Below, in pieces: positions 13,962 to 27,710 of a DNA stretch of 64,000 bases (position 1 is the stretch's first letter; each line of letters starts with the position of its first letter). Where the stretch lies: contig MU058337.1 in the NCBI GenBank assembly GCA_013265495.1, forward strand, positions 250,001 to 314,000. The letters run 5' to 3'. This stretch comes from Vicugna vicugna (lineage: Eukaryota). Below the pieces are notes generated by a model. It was given only the letters and a program-made list of their open reading frames with translations. It ran no database searches and was not told the origin of the DNA. Position numbers and translations under genes: made by a program.

Positions 13962-14799
13962 TAATGACAGAAATCTAAGAAGAAAGAAAAGGCACTGCTC
14001 CCCACATCTTCGCAGCCAATCATCATGGCACAGTTTGCAAAACAGAAAACGGAAATCCTCACGTAACACGAAGACATTTATTTTCACCCTTGCTTTCGTC
14101 TTTGTTCATGGCCCGTGCTTTTGTGAAGACTTTTGCATTATGCAGTTTGAGAGGACTTCAAACGTAATCTAGGGTTTGTTTTTAAGAAGATTTACAGGCC
14201 GGCCATCCTAGTCAAACAGCTGTGGGTCCGCTGTGCCCCAGCCGGGCCTCACCCGCCTCTCCAGACAACCAGCCGCTGCACGAGGTGCAGGTGGAAACTC
14301 GGCCCCGCCGGCTGGGGCCGCCGCTGCCGGCAGAGGGCGGCGCTTTGACTGCGCGCGCTCCCTCACGCTTGGGAACACTCTGGGGCGGGCTTTGAACCAC
14401 AGGACCTTCTGTTCTGTTGAGTGAGGGCTGCACGGAGACCTGAAGGCTGTAACCCAGTTACAGCAAAGGAGGGGGGAAGTCAGTGCCGTGAACCCTGGTT
14501 GCAGAAACCGGCGGGGCAGGACGACGGTGTCGGAGTGCTGGCGACCGACCGCAGAGCGCGCCCCCTCCGGGCTGCCGGTCCCACAGAACAGGAGAGAAGG
14601 ACCCGAGACCGGGAGAACGTCTGAGATGCGCGTGGCGGGGGCAGACAACCAGGAGGCGGTGGTAAAGCAGGCTGAGTCTGGCGGGGTCTGCCTCCCCACT
14701 TCTCAGAGCTCTTCACCTGCGAAAGAAGTATGAGCAACAAAATAGAGCAGTACAGGATTACAACCCAGAGTATAAAGTACACATCCACGAGTCTGTGCT

Positions 14800-15200
14800 G
14801 TAAATAAAACCTTAAATAAATTAACAAGTATGAGAGGCAACAACTCTTCCATGAAGAAAAATTTCATATAATTTGTGTAGATAGTCTGCCCTCAAAGGGT
14901 GAAGCATAATTTCCCACCCCTTAGGTATTGACTGAGCAGTGATCTCCTTCCAGAGTATACAGTATGGAGGGGTAGAAAGAAACGGAATAATTTTATGGCA
15001 GAGAAATCCGATAAGCACCACCTGGGCCTAGAGCTCAAGGCCAACATCCACAGTCATCCTTCGTGTTAATAATATGCACCCTCAACACGATGGGAGAAAC
15101 AGGGGAACCGTAGGGTCTTCCTCCCTTTAATCCAAAACCCCAGTTTTATAATGAAAAATACATCAGACACATCCCAGTAGAAAAGCATCCGACAAAATAA
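14800..15200 (+). mobile_element. Old L1 (L1MC/MD-like) 3' UTR fragment
   Basis: gatctccttccagagtatacagtatggagg...caaggccaacatc...taatgaaaaatacatcagaca. Confidence 0.6.
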
Positions 15201-18200
15201 TGGCTGAGAAGCAGCTAACCGGGTGACAAGGTCTGTTGCCAGACGGGGGGGGGGGGTACTGGAGGTCAAGGGGCCGCATGCTTCACACTGACGGTATCAC
15301 GGAAAATAGGCCATGGTTCCCACCTTTTGGGGGAAAAAGGCATGAGAAGAGCGGCAAGAGGACAGTTTGCTTACACAGGTCAGTGGCAATGCTGTCTACC
15401 TTCTGGGTCACCTCACAATCCCATTGTTATTTCTAAAAACAAGATTTCTCCTTTATCCAACATCTTTGGACACAGTGTACGTGCTGCCAAAGGAAGACTT
15501 CGAAGCAGAATCACTGAAAAAAGGAAGAAAAATGTTTTTTTACAAAGACTTCTGGGAAAGTCACGCTTCAGGAGGACTGGCTCACTAAACATAAAATGCA
15601 AAAAATATTTTTAACAATGGCAATTTTCCAAGCTGTGTATATTTGTTTGACACAATTGTCATGTCACCCTGCTCGTGGTGGACAAACAGCAATTCTCAAG
15701 CAGTTACGTTCACAACATTGTGTTCAAACACCAACATACAAAAAAGCAGAGATACATTTTAAAGTCCAGATTTATACAAAATTAAGATTTTATCACTTTG
15801 GGGACTGGAACCCATAGAGGGGATCTGTTAGTTTTAGTTTACCCCAAGGCACACAGAATTTTTTGTGACAATTCTCAGACATCCTAGAAGCAAAGTGTCC
15901 ACTTCTGATTCTCCAGTGTCAACCAAATCTGTCATCTCCTTCCTGCATGACTTCATTTCCATTTTCCCTTTTATCATCTCCTTGGCAACAAGGACAGGAT
16001 ATCAAAATTGAGCTTTGCTTTAGCGATGTTAAGGCCTTTCTTCTTTGGCCGTAGGTAAAATATTAGGAAGTTTTTATTATGTGCCCTCCCAGTCTTGATT
16101 TCCAAAATAGCCGGCACTTCCCCGCCACCCGCGTCCTGCCACCACCGATCACCCGGCACCGGGAGCATTTCCTGCTATGTCCCAGAAGTAAGGAGGGAGA
16201 GGAAGCAGGTGGAGGAAGGAGCAGGGAGCAGGCCGGGGGCCATCGCAACACAGAACTGGTGGAACAGGAGGCCAGACTGAACAGCAATTAAATAATCGAC
16301 CTCTTATTTTCAAAAGACAGTTCACGGGTGATGTTGAGCATTTGCGTTTACAGTGTCCCCGGTTCCTGATAAGGAAAGCTCTTTACGCTTTGCCGCCGGA
16401 GACACGGGGAGAGGCGGGCGCGTCCCTGCGCCCCGTCCTGCGGCGACCACTGCGGGGACCTGGGCCGCCTTTTGTGTTCAAAACCCAGCACCGGGGCGGG
16501 TGGGAGCCAGGCTTTCTCATGCCTTCAGCTGCTCCCGACTATAAATTAAGCCACCTGGGAAAGTGTCTTAATTTTTTAAGCCGTGAGATTATCAGCCAGT
16601 GGAATTTAAGGCTGATACTGAATGAAGACATGTATTTCTTTGAATATTGAAATTAAATGAGAGCTCATTATCCAAGGTCATTACAGCCCACAGTCAGCCT
16701 CAATAAATCATCACTTCCCTTTTACTGTGTCTCTTCCTTCTTCTCAGAAGAAGTTACCTTTCATATAATTTTCCAACGCAGGAGATTACATTTCTGGTCA
16801 GTAACATTTACTATTACTAGTCTCTGTTTAAGTACCCTGTTGTTTGTCTAGGTGCCGCTAAAGGCTGACAGTTTTTTAAAAAGCAGCCGAATACTAGGCA
16901 TGTTCTGCGATTCGGACCCTGTTTCTCAATTCTGACTTTTTTTTTCTTACAAACTCCAAGCATATGATTGATTCATCCTTAAAGACAACCTCACTAATGA
17001 AAAAGAACACTTCACGATCGCTCGAGTAAACTGGTCGTAGCTACCCAAGCACTGTGTTAGGAAAGCGCATGTGCTTAGGCTGAAAGCGATTTAGCCAAAG
17101 CTATTTGGCTTCTGAGATGGAACCAAAAGCAAGATGTTCAACTGAAGGGCCAAACTGAAAATGAATATTCTTTCAATGATGTGTTTGTGTTTTAAGTACA
17201 GCGCTTCTGAAAATGATTTCTTAAAATATCTAGGTGCTATGAAGAACTTTGGAGGGAGTGATTTCCACTTTATTCCGTCCTAATTTGCTTTTTTTAAAAT
17301 TTATATTCCTTTATTACTACAATGCATTGTTTACAACAGTGAACATATGGAAAACTCCAAAAGTTTACACACTGAGAATTATAAAGTCTTTATGGTAATT
17401 ATCTCTGGGTCATTAATGGTGTGATGTGTTCCTTAGAAGGGGAACACTTTTATTTTTCTATTTCAATCTGTTAGAAATAGAGCTAAATCAATTAGAGAAA
17501 TTATGAAAAAGAAATTGAAGCTATTGGTAAAGATCTGAAAATTTGATGAAAATATTCAAAGGCAGAAAGAATTGCAAAACTCCAGTGAGGCACCCAAAAT
17601 ATCATTATTCAGAGAACATTTGTGTGTTAATCATGATCTCTGACATTATTGGACCAAATTATCCTGGGGCGCAGTTTACACTTGGCTAAACAGTATTGAT
17701 CACATCCCCCGTGGGCACCTACTGATGAACTGAAGACCTCAGGACTCAACCAGGGAGGAATCTGATTGATCAGACGTCAGCAGTTGCAGGAAGGGGCAGC
17801 CAGGTTTCAGTCTGATCACCTGCCAGAAAATAAGTCATATTTCTACAAACAAAGAGAAAATGTTTGAAGAGCGCATCTTGTCGTGCTGCAATAAAAATAG
17901 CAAAGAAATCATGCAGAATTCCCCCAAGCATTGGCCTTTAGTGGAGAAATAGAATTTGAAACAAAATCTTCTTCCAACCTGGAAATCCTCTCCGTGAAGT
18001 CAGTAGAGAATGAAAATCATTATATCGTTGAATAAGCGTTAAGCCAGAATGTGATGCTCATTGCAGGGACTCTGCTAAGAGACAGCGAGGATGGAAAGAA
18101 ACCTCACCCTCCTGCGTAGCCAAGCGGATGCGACCCATTAGAGACATGTTCTCGGGATCAGCAGTAACTAGTCCTCAAGTAACACGACTTGACAGCCACA

Positions 18201-19898
18201 TTTGTCCTATGTGTTCGTCCTCAGTGCACCTGGTAATTGCAGTGACCATCCGTGTCGGTTAATTGGCTTCATATGAAGGAAAAATAAATGCCTGCCTCTC
18301 TATGGCAAGAGATAAAGTCCTTATCTTCTGTGATGTTACATCTCAAGTAGCTGGCTCCCAGGACCTTGAGAAAGACTTTTCCATGCTGGGAAACTGGCCA
18401 GATGAGCTTTTAAAAAGATTTACACACACTTGGAAGAGACAGATAAAGAACTTGCAAGTTTTCTAAAGAAAATGTTCTAAGAAAGGAAGAGGAGACAGCG
18501 CCCGCCTCATTTCTAACAGGCAGAAGTAAGCCTCTTCTCTTCACTTAGTGTTTGCTCTACACCTTCCCCTTTTGCTTTTCTCCAGCAGCACCTGCGGCTT
18601 CGGGGCCAGCGGGTCACCTCCGGAGGACCAGCTCCCTCTGGGAACCTGCTTTCAATGCGACGCAAGCTGCCAGCCCTCTGCAAAATCTGAAGTGCTTTCA
18701 AATCGCTGCTCTCGGGGAATTTCTCCCGATAAAGTTGTTACGTGAGCCGCAATTTCCTGCATACTCTTCAGTAAAGGTGGCGGGGTGCAAGTTGGGGCAT
18801 GTGGGTCAGTGATGGAGGGGCCATGCAGCAGGCTCCAGGAGGGCGACTCAAGGGCCCTCGTCAGGATGCCGGGCTCCGGACGGCTACGCAGCCCTTCGAG
18901 GGACACCACCCACACCTGCACCGCAGGACTGTGAACCAGCAAAGGGGCGTCCCAAGTAACACTTCAGGAGAGGAATGCGCGGTGTTCACCCTGGGTGCTG
19001 GCAGAAATCGTTTTAGGCATTTCAACTCTTACATGATGATATAGAAAAACCTAGCGAATGAGTACCTTCGCTTTCCCAAACCGTGCCAGACTTTCAAACC
19101 TCTAGTCAATCCTGGGACCCAGAGCTTCCAAACATGCGTTTACATAGACTAGCACTTACAATGTTAGGTGTAAGGGCTGGTGAATTTCAGTCGTCGTGGA
19201 AAACCGTTAGCGGAGTTTGGGCTCCAAAGCGGGTTTCTCAGCAGAGGCTCTGGTCTCAGGTCAGGTGTTCTGTGCTCAGCGTCTGTGATTTGCCCGCACA
19301 GTTTAGGACTGGAGAAGAGGGAGACAGATTTTGGACATCCCATCGTCAGACCCCTTCCTTCCCGGATTCCCCTCGCCCCTCAACAGTCATGTTTTACCAG
19401 CTTCTTTCTGATTTCCTAGGAATCTTTCTGGATTTTTCCACATGGGCCCCACAACCCCCCAAGAAGTCTCCGTGTCCAGTTGGACCTCCTGAGCTCAAGC
19501 AAGCGTGCGCTGCCCGCGGGGCCTGCCGGCTTGTCTCCGCCCCACGGCCGCAGGGAGTCGCTCTGTACCTGTCCAATCTTGGTCGTTTTCTCTTCTGGGG
19601 CTGCGTCTGGGGGAGACTGAGTCCATTTTCGCACAGGTGAGAGAGAGGCCCCTGCAAGCAGGAGCTCCCCGACTCCATCCTGACAGGCAATTACCATCAT
19701 TATCGGAAATCTGCAAAGGAGATGGTGCGAGCCTGGGAGAGGGAAGAGCACGCCAGGGGCAGACACCCTAGGCCGCTTGATCGCAACGTGCGGGCAGTTG
19801 TGTTACTTTTCCATTAGCCATCTTCTATGGTGGTTAAATCCGAGGAATGGAAACCACACCACCTTCACATCAGATCTCTGTTATCTAGGGTGTCACTC

Positions 19899-20040
19899 GG
19901 GGGGGCGTGTGTGCTTAGCAGACACCCGGTCCTGGGTTCAGTCCCCAGTACCTCTGTTTAAAAAAGTAAATAAATAAAAAAATAAAACTAATGACATCCC
20001 CCCCAAAAGACAATGTAAAATAAACAAATATTTTAAAAAT
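19899..20040 (+). mobile_element. 5'-truncated tRNA-derived SINE (same family)
   Basis: gtgcttagca...gtcctgggttcagtccccagtacctct followed by an aaataaataaa...ccccccc tail. Confidence 0.7.
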
Positions 20041-20707
20041 TTACCATCGAAAAAGAAAACCAAATTGAAAAAAGTAAATTCTGAGACAGACAGACATACT
20101 GGTACTCAATTTTTAATTAATCAAGGCAAAATAGAAGTGCTTCCACCACAACCACCATTTCAGAGGCATACGCTCGCCTCTCCGCAGTTATCAAATTCAG
20201 AGCTTGCACGTTCGGAGGACCGTGTGTGGGTGAAGGTTTACAGAAGGCTTCTCTTAGTTAAAGAGTAAAATATGTACGGTCTTTGAAATACCGAATATGC
20301 CCTCTGCTGTCACATTGTTTTGGTCTGGTGGGTTAATTTGGAAGAAAATTGATGGTCTGGAACTCCAAGATAAAGATGAGTAACACAATCGTTAAAATTA
20401 CAATATTTCCAGGTATTGGTAACACAGTTATTAAAACTCTCACATTTTATAGGATGTTATTAATAGGATTCACAATAAGATAAGTCCATTTACTCCCAGT
20501 GATGTGTGCCTGGTCCAGTTCAAACAAAGGCAAGTGAAATTCAATGAGGCTGCCTCTGTGCTCAGGGTCTATTCAACTTCATTTATTATTAAAGTCAAAA
20601 ACTAATTAGAAATAAAAAGAAAGAGGGATAGAGATGCATTCTCTACCACTAACTGAAGCAATTTGTTTCAGAAATACAGTGACGGTTATGATCATTTAAG
20701 TCTGAGT

Positions 20708-20862
20708 GGCGGGGTGGACGGCTCAGTGGTAAAGCACATGCACGCTTGTACAAATCCTGCGTTCAATCCCCAGCACCTCCGTTAAAAAACAAAAAGAAGA
20801 AAAGAAAAGAGAAGAAAAGAAAAGAAAATTCACATATCTTTAAAAAAAAAAAGAAAAAAAAA
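20708..20862 (+). mobile_element. tRNA-derived SINE (camelid-type) with long A-rich tail
   Basis: gctcagtggtaaagcacatgcacgc...gttcaatccccagcacctcc followed by an A-rich tail. Confidence 0.75.
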
Positions 20863-22879
20863 CTTGAATGGAAATTCAACTTCCAAAAATTCAATTTAAA
20901 AACAATGCTCTGTCACCATTCAAAGAGAAGAGGATGAAGCTGTGAGCAGGTGCTGGAAGTGAGGGTGTTGGGTGGGTGGGGGTGGGGGAGGAAGGGCCAA
21001 CCTGCCACCCCACAGTTTCTACAGCTCATTGTGGACATGGCAGAAAACAGTTCATTAAGTCACTTATCAAAAGCAGTTGTACTATTGCCTTATTTAAACT
21101 GTTTGCAAATAGAACCATGGCGTCCTTTAACAGAGAGGGTCATCGGGACCTGGGATGTTCACACTGATTTGCTGGGACTTGATGTTTCCCTGCTGGAGGG
21201 AGGGGGAGGGAGAGGCAGGCCCGGTGGCACGTGGGGCGGGCTGGTCCCGGGCAGCCCAGCAGGGGTGCGGGCACAGGTGCTGGGACAAGGGGCCGCGGGG
21301 ATAAGAGCCTTAGCCCTGAGGCCAGTCTCCTTGTGCCATCGGTAAACTCATCCTTTACGTCCACAAAGAAAACAGGGTCTCTCTGGGGCATAATGTTCCT
21401 TCTTCTCTCCACTTGCCTGCTGCCCCATCCACGTGGAGGTGATGCAGCCGGCCTCAGCGGAAGCGGGATCTAAAGCTACCTCTCAGCTTTCAGGCGGGAT
21501 CCCACCCTCTCCCCAGTCCAGGGCCTCCCTCTTCTCTGCCCTCCGACCACCCCTTCTCCAGGCCCAGGACTTGAGCCTCGGTCCCCGCCCGGACGCCCCT
21601 CCACCTACTGTCCTGGCTTCCCTTTCACCATCAGATTGCTCGAGAAGCCATTATCTTCTGTCATCAAACTGCTGGAAACCAAATGCTTTACCTCTGTTTC
21701 CCCAAGTCCCACCCCCGACTCAGCTCCCTGCAAAGTGACTTTTGACCGCGCCCACCATGTCCTCACTCCTTCCCAGGCGCATCGCGTCTCTCCTCCGCCT
21801 CCGGCTCTCGGCACCCGGTCCATCTGGGTGGAAGCTCCGGAAGCCCCTCCCAGGACCCCTCCCCTCCTCCCCCTGGGCCTGGTGTCAGTGCTGGGGAATT
21901 GGATGGTTCCAGCTCTGCAGCCTGGGGAACCTGGGAAAGGCTGGTGGCGCCAGACACTTGAACGGTCATGTAGCCCATTTCCACGCGGGGGCCGCTGTCC
22001 TTCCTGGAAACTTTTCCTTGTGTTGAAAGAAGAATTGGCCTCGGTTTGAGCCTCGTGGTGCTCTCCAGAGATGTGCAGGATGAAAGAAAGGCTTCTTAAA
22101 GAAAGGGCTTACAATGCTTTCTGAAGCATCTGAAGGTGAAGGCGACACTCAGGCCAGTCTACCCAGCCCTCCCCAACCCCGTGTTCCAAGTCCGAGCTCT
22201 CTGTCACTGTTTGGTTTTAAATTGGTACAGGTGACAATATATCCACTGGCTTGCTCATCCCCCTTTCCCTCTGTGTATCTGTTAAGATTACGTGAATATT
22301 AGAGCCCTCTGCCTAGAAAATTTCCAGGTCGAAGTGATTAAACGTAAGGAGGGTTGACCCCATGCCCTTCCTCCTGAAGTTTCGTTTTCACTTCTACCAA
22401 AGACAAAACTAAAATCCCCTGGGTTACTTTAGAGTGATTTTTATGTGACCTTTCAGGAAACCATTCTATTGTTCTCTGACATTGAAAAATCCCCTGCTGT
22501 CGGTCTGAATGTAACTTTTTGGAGAATGGCTTGATTTTACAGTGTTTAAAAGCCTGTTTTCAAACATTGACGGTTGCTCTCTCACTGCACTTCCAGATGA
22601 GCACTTGTGCTAGAGATCCTTAAATGACAACGGGCCAGCCTCAGGTCTCAGCCTCAGCGCTGACCTGGATGGAGGACAAAGGGCCCTCACGGCAAAGCCT
22701 ACAGCCACTGAGGAAGCAGTCGGCTCGGCCACCTGCCCTCGCCAGGGGTCCCAGCCCAGATCCACGCACTCTAGTTCCTGGGGCCTTGCCTGAGGCAGAG
22801 CCCAGCGCCCTATCTATAGAACAGAGGTAATGAATGCACCTGCGCCACAGTTGTTGAAAAAATTAAATTAGATTTAAGG

Positions 22880-23990
22880 TCATAGCAAGAAAAGCCACAG
22901 ACTAGAAGACAATCCAAACAAAACACATCCTATATGATAAAGGACTTGTGCTAGAAATAGACAAAGATCTCTCAAAACGCAACAGTCAGAAAATAAACAA
23001 ACCAACTGAAAAGTGGACAAAAGGCCTGAACAGACACCTCAGCAAAGGAGACGTCCAGACGGCAAGTAAGTGAGAAAAGATGCTCGCCATCACGTGTCAT
23101 GAGGGAACAGCAAACTGCAGCAGCAACGAGGCAACCCTGCCCACCTCCTAATGGCTAAAATCTGAAACACTGACAACGAAACACTTGCCAAATGTTGGCG
23201 AGAATGTGGAACCGCGGAAACTCTCATCCGCTGCTGATGAGAATGCAAAACGGCCCGGCCTCTGGGAAGACAGGTCGGCGGTTTCTCGCAGGACTCAGCA
23301 CAGTCTTGGTTAGCATGGTTCCTGAGCTTAGTTCGCGCAGTCATGCGCCTTGCTATTTACGCTATGACCTGAAAGTGTACGTCCACACAAAATTCTGCAC
23401 ACACACATTTATAGCAGCTTCTTTCATAACTATCCAAAATCGGGAGCAACTCAGGAGTCTTTCCATAGGTAGACAGACAGCTGCAGAGCATCCACTCAGG
23501 GGGGTGATGCATCAGTAGAAAGAAGCAAGCGTCAGACCATGAAAAGACAGGAGGAATCCGGAGCCACGCTGCAGGTGAAAGAAGCTCGTACCGTGTGAGC
23601 CCAATGCTACGACACTCGGGAAAGGGCAAAACCAGGCCGACAGCAGAAAGATCAGCGGCTGCCAGAGCATCGGGGCAGGGCGTGCGGGGAGTGGATGGGA
23701 CGAGCAGGTGGCGCACAGGTGGTTTTAGGACAGCGGGAGTACTCTGCGTGTAAAGATGGATTCACGTCATTATGCATTTGTCAAAACCCATAGGCTGCCT
23801 GACACCAAGAGCCCTAATATAAACTGTGGACATTAATTAATAATTGTGTGTCAACGTGGATTCATTAATTATAGCACACTCACCACACAAATATAGTAAT
23901 AGAGGTAATGGGGTGGTGATTGGGTGAATGGAATCTCTCTGTTCAAATTTTCTGTATACCTAAAACTGTTCTTAAAAATCTGTTAGTTTA
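22880..23990 (+). mobile_element. Old L1 (L1MC-like) ORF2 end and 3' UTR
   Basis: tgaacagacacctcagcaaaggagac, aatgttggcgagaatgtggaac, tttatagcagcttctttcataac, cattatgcatttgtcaaaacccata. Confidence 0.85.
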
Positions 23991-24699
23991 TTTTTTACAA
24001 TTAAAACCTGGCTCACATGTACAAATCAGCTTAGTGCAGTTATACACACAAATAATTTTTAAAATTAAACAGAAGTAGACAGTATGCACTGTATATAGGG
24101 GTTAGTGTGTATCACTCCCCATTTCCTGGTTAAAAAGTCAGAGGTGGAAAGAGATTTCTGCAAAACCTGGACCAGCTTAGGATGGAGACTGTCTTCCACC
24201 CTCTCCTCCCCCAGTTTCTCTTTGCCATCCCTCTGCCTCCACCTTTGCAGGCTATAGTCTTGCCGGTTGTCCAGGTTTGCAAACCAGTTGGTACAACCCT
24301 ACAGAAATCAATTTTCATCACACAGGAATAGAGTGGAAATGTGATATTGTGGGCTTTCGTTAGGAGTTGAATATGCTTTGAGGAATCGCTAAAAAGGTCT
24401 GGTTGGTGATCTTGTAATGTCTGTCTGGTTCCTGGTTTTATCGTTTTTAGTATTTCTCTATCCATTTCATTGTGTTAAAAGGTAACACAGACCATTCACT
24501 TAAGCTGTTCCAGGCTTCCCTCTGGTGGTTGTACACGGGTACAACGCCTCAACAAGGCAAAGGCAGGACACTGCTTTCCAAAAGTAATTTCCAAAGTAGT
24601 TTTGAAAAAAGTACCTTTCCAAAGTAATATCACATGTACAGCTAAATAGCATCATGACTAGAGAAACATGGACGCCAGAGTGCCCTCTTGGGACCTGGG

Positions 24700-25180
24700 A
24701 GACGCGACCGGGCCAGGTGATCGTGTATGCACCTCTGATTTCCTGTGACGAGGACACTCCACCTCTTTGGGGTTCTCCCTCGAAAGGCGTAGTATCTCCT
24801 TTACAGCCATGAGAACAATATCAGGCCAACCCAAACTGAGGGTCACTCTACAAAACACCTGCCCAGTTCTCCTCAGAACTGTCAGGGCCACAGAAACGAG
24901 GACGGTCCGAGAAAGTGTCACAGACCAGAGGAGGCAAAGGAGATGAGACAACTAAATGCAGTGAGGTGACTGGGCTGGATCCCGGAAAGGAAAGGACGGT
25001 GGTGGAAAAACCAATAAAATCCCAATAAAGCACGGAGTTCAAGTGAGAGGAATAGTGTTCATTCTTGGTTGTGACAATGTCCTGTGAGTGATGTATGACA
25101 CCAACAACGGGGAAGCTGGGTGAGGTGCATATGGAACTCTGTGCTGTCTTTGGAGCCTTTTGTAAATCGAAGTCAGTCCT
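24700..25180 (+). mobile_element. Old L1 (L1MC/MD-like) 3' UTR
   Basis: aacccaaactgagggtcactctacaaaacacctg...gacaactaaatgca...ggaagctgggtgaggtgcatatggaactctgtg. Confidence 0.75.
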
Positions 25181-27179
25181 GGACGAGCGGGATGTGCAAA
25201 ATGGTTTTTCCCCCATTTTTTCCTTCTCTTCTAATCTTTCTCTAAGCCCCTCCCTTTCCTTCCTGAGAATACAATTTCGAGTTCCTAATGTTTGTAATCA
25301 AATTCAGTCACTTCTTGCACAACTCTTCAACTGTATTTTTAAAAACATATTTTACACTTTAAATGGGTAACTTTTATAGCATGTAGTTTGTACCTTAATA
25401 AAGTTATTTAGAAAAGAAAAAATTCTGTAAGTTCTACCCATCGATGCTACTTTTACCCTCAAGCATGTTACACCTGTAAATATTGAAAATGTTCCTTCCC
25501 TCCCTGCCCTGCTTCCTCATGTCCTTCCTCATCGTCCCTATTTTTTTGCCTTGGGGGAGGGGGCTTCCTTTTTCATTTTTTTCTCTAGTATAGACATTTC
25601 TAGATTCTTGACCCTTCCTTACTTGATACCGTCCACATTTCTCATTCTCAGGTGACAGTGGGAGACACAGGGGCTCTTTTCCCACCTGCGCAGAGCAAGC
25701 TTCCACCTGCTGAGACCCAAAGGGACCGTCCATCCCTGAGATGAGACACAGGCGACAGCTAGAACTCCAATGCGTGTTCAGTTCCAAAAATGAAAATCAC
25801 TGCCACCTTCCAAATTCTTGCGAGTGGCTGGACGTGACCACCTGGTGATGCAACCACTCAGATGATGTGGGTTTAAAGGAACGTCTGCTAACGGCTGCAT
25901 TTCCTCTCCTGGACGGACCTCCGGAAGCACAGACAGCATCCTGGTTCCCCACCAGAGATGCGGATTTCAACACCAACGCAAGCTTTGCTGTCTTCTCCGG
26001 AGGTGTCCCCTCGGAGGCTGGACGGTGACACCCTTCCGAGGTTGCGGTGGGGGGGGGGTTCCTCTGCAGAAGGGTCTTGCTCATTTTCGCTGTGATGCTC
26101 AGACTCTAATCTGGCAGCCCTGAGGTTGACGCTTAAGAAACAACGATCCATTTTCTTTAACTTCCAAGGGACTCAAATATCCAATAGACTTATCTGAAAT
26201 GCAGAATCTTAAAGTGGCTGTTTTAATTTTCAGCGACTCTATCCACACAGTCCTGTTCACATGTCAGCGGGTGACCAGGGACCCCCAGCTGTGTGCTCCC
26301 TCCCTGACAGGACCCGTTAAGAGGGTCGATCATTTCTCAGCACTTAGAGGGAGGCTCTGTGGGGCGATCCTGAGGGATGTGGGCAGACCCCACCTCCACC
26401 GTCCTCTCCCGTCCTTGTCCCCAGCTCACCTGCAGGCTGGCCCCAGATGGACGTCCCCGGGCCCTGGAAAGACTCTTTCCCATGGGCATTTTCTTTCTCA
26501 TCAACTCCCCCTTATTCTGATTTCTTGCCTCGCTGTCCGATCTCCTGAATTCTGGTTCCTTTCACTGCATCAGGTTAAACTAAGGGCGACCTTCTGCTCC
26601 TGCAGGGAGGCTCTTGCCCCTCCTGTCCCCTACATCTGGGAAATGCTTTGCCGCCAGGGCAGGATGCAGTCAGAGCCACGAGTGTCCTTGTCCACCTGAG
26701 CTGCTGGGCAGAGGGAGGTGGCCCAGGGGACCTGAGGAAGGGCAGGGGCCATGTGCCCAGGCCCAGGGGGCAGCCTCCTCTCTGTTTCCATTTCTTTTTC
26801 TGGTCTATTCAAGATACTTTAAAACATACAACAAAACCAGATTTCTGCAAGTTCCTGCCAATTCAGCTTTCAGGTCTTTTGCTAAAATAAAACCAAACAG
26901 TGCATGTCTCTTTCCTTCTTTTGACTCCTGGTTCAAATCCCTCTTCTCAGTGTGTGTGAGGATATGGGGGGGTGTCTCTAAGCAAAAGCACTTAACACCT
27001 GTGTGCCAGCTGCCTTTACGTGTTCATTTTATTCTCACAGCAGCTCCACACGCTTAGCGGGACTATTACTTTGTTCCTCAAATTATAACACAAGCAAGCA
27101 GCTAAACTAGGGCTTCGGCCCTAGAGATGCACCCTTAACTATCCTCCTCTGCCCCTTCTCCAACATCTTCCAGCAGGAC

Positions 27180-27310
27180 CGCTTCCTAATTTGTGGGACC
27201 TGGTGCAAAATGAAAATGCAGCCTCCCTTGTTCAAAAATGATGGCGAGTTTAAGATGCAACTTCAGAACATTAAAGGAATACAGGGCCTCTTGTGCCATG
27301 GGGCATTCCC
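27180..27310. mobile_element. MER45-like hAT fragment
   Basis: aatttgtgggacctggtgcaaaatgaaaatgcagcctcccttgttcaaaaat. Confidence 0.55.
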
Positions 27311-27360
27311 CCCAAACCAGGTGCGTCTTCAAATGCTCCTTCCAACTGCATCGTGTGTTT

Positions 27361-27396
27361 GAGAGAGAGAGAGTGTGTGTGTGTGTGTGTGTGTGT
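27361..27396. repeat. Compound (GA)n(GT)n microsatellite
   Basis: Direct reading. Confidence 0.9.
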
Positions 27397-27476
27397 ATTT
27401 GGCTACAGTGGGTATAAGGGTCGGGGTGGTTATTATTCACATCTAAGACAGGGTTGTATCAAAAGTACTGTCCTGA

Positions 27477-27710
27477 AGCGGGTGGGAGGGATAAATTTGG
27501 GAGTTTGAGATTTACAAATATTAGCCACTATATATAAAAATAGATGTAAGAAAAAAGTTTCTTCTGTACAGCACAGGGAACCGTGTTCTATATCTTATAA
27601 CAACCTTTAATGAAAAAGAATATGAAAATGACTATATGTGTGCATATGCATGACTGGTGCACACCAGAAGCTGACACATTGTAACTGACACACTTCAATT
27701 AAAAAAAAAT
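27477..27710 (+). mobile_element. L1 3' UTR end fragment
   Basis: gggataaatttgggagtttgagatttacaaata...gcacagggaac...acttcaattaaaaaaaa. Confidence 0.88.

Noticed and set aside
13793..14087. Poly-Tyr and poly-Leu ORFs
   Set aside because: Translation of the (TAA)n microsatellite
19083..19771. 185-aa ORF and neighbours
   Set aside because: GTG start, GC-rich sequence with few stops, no family resemblance
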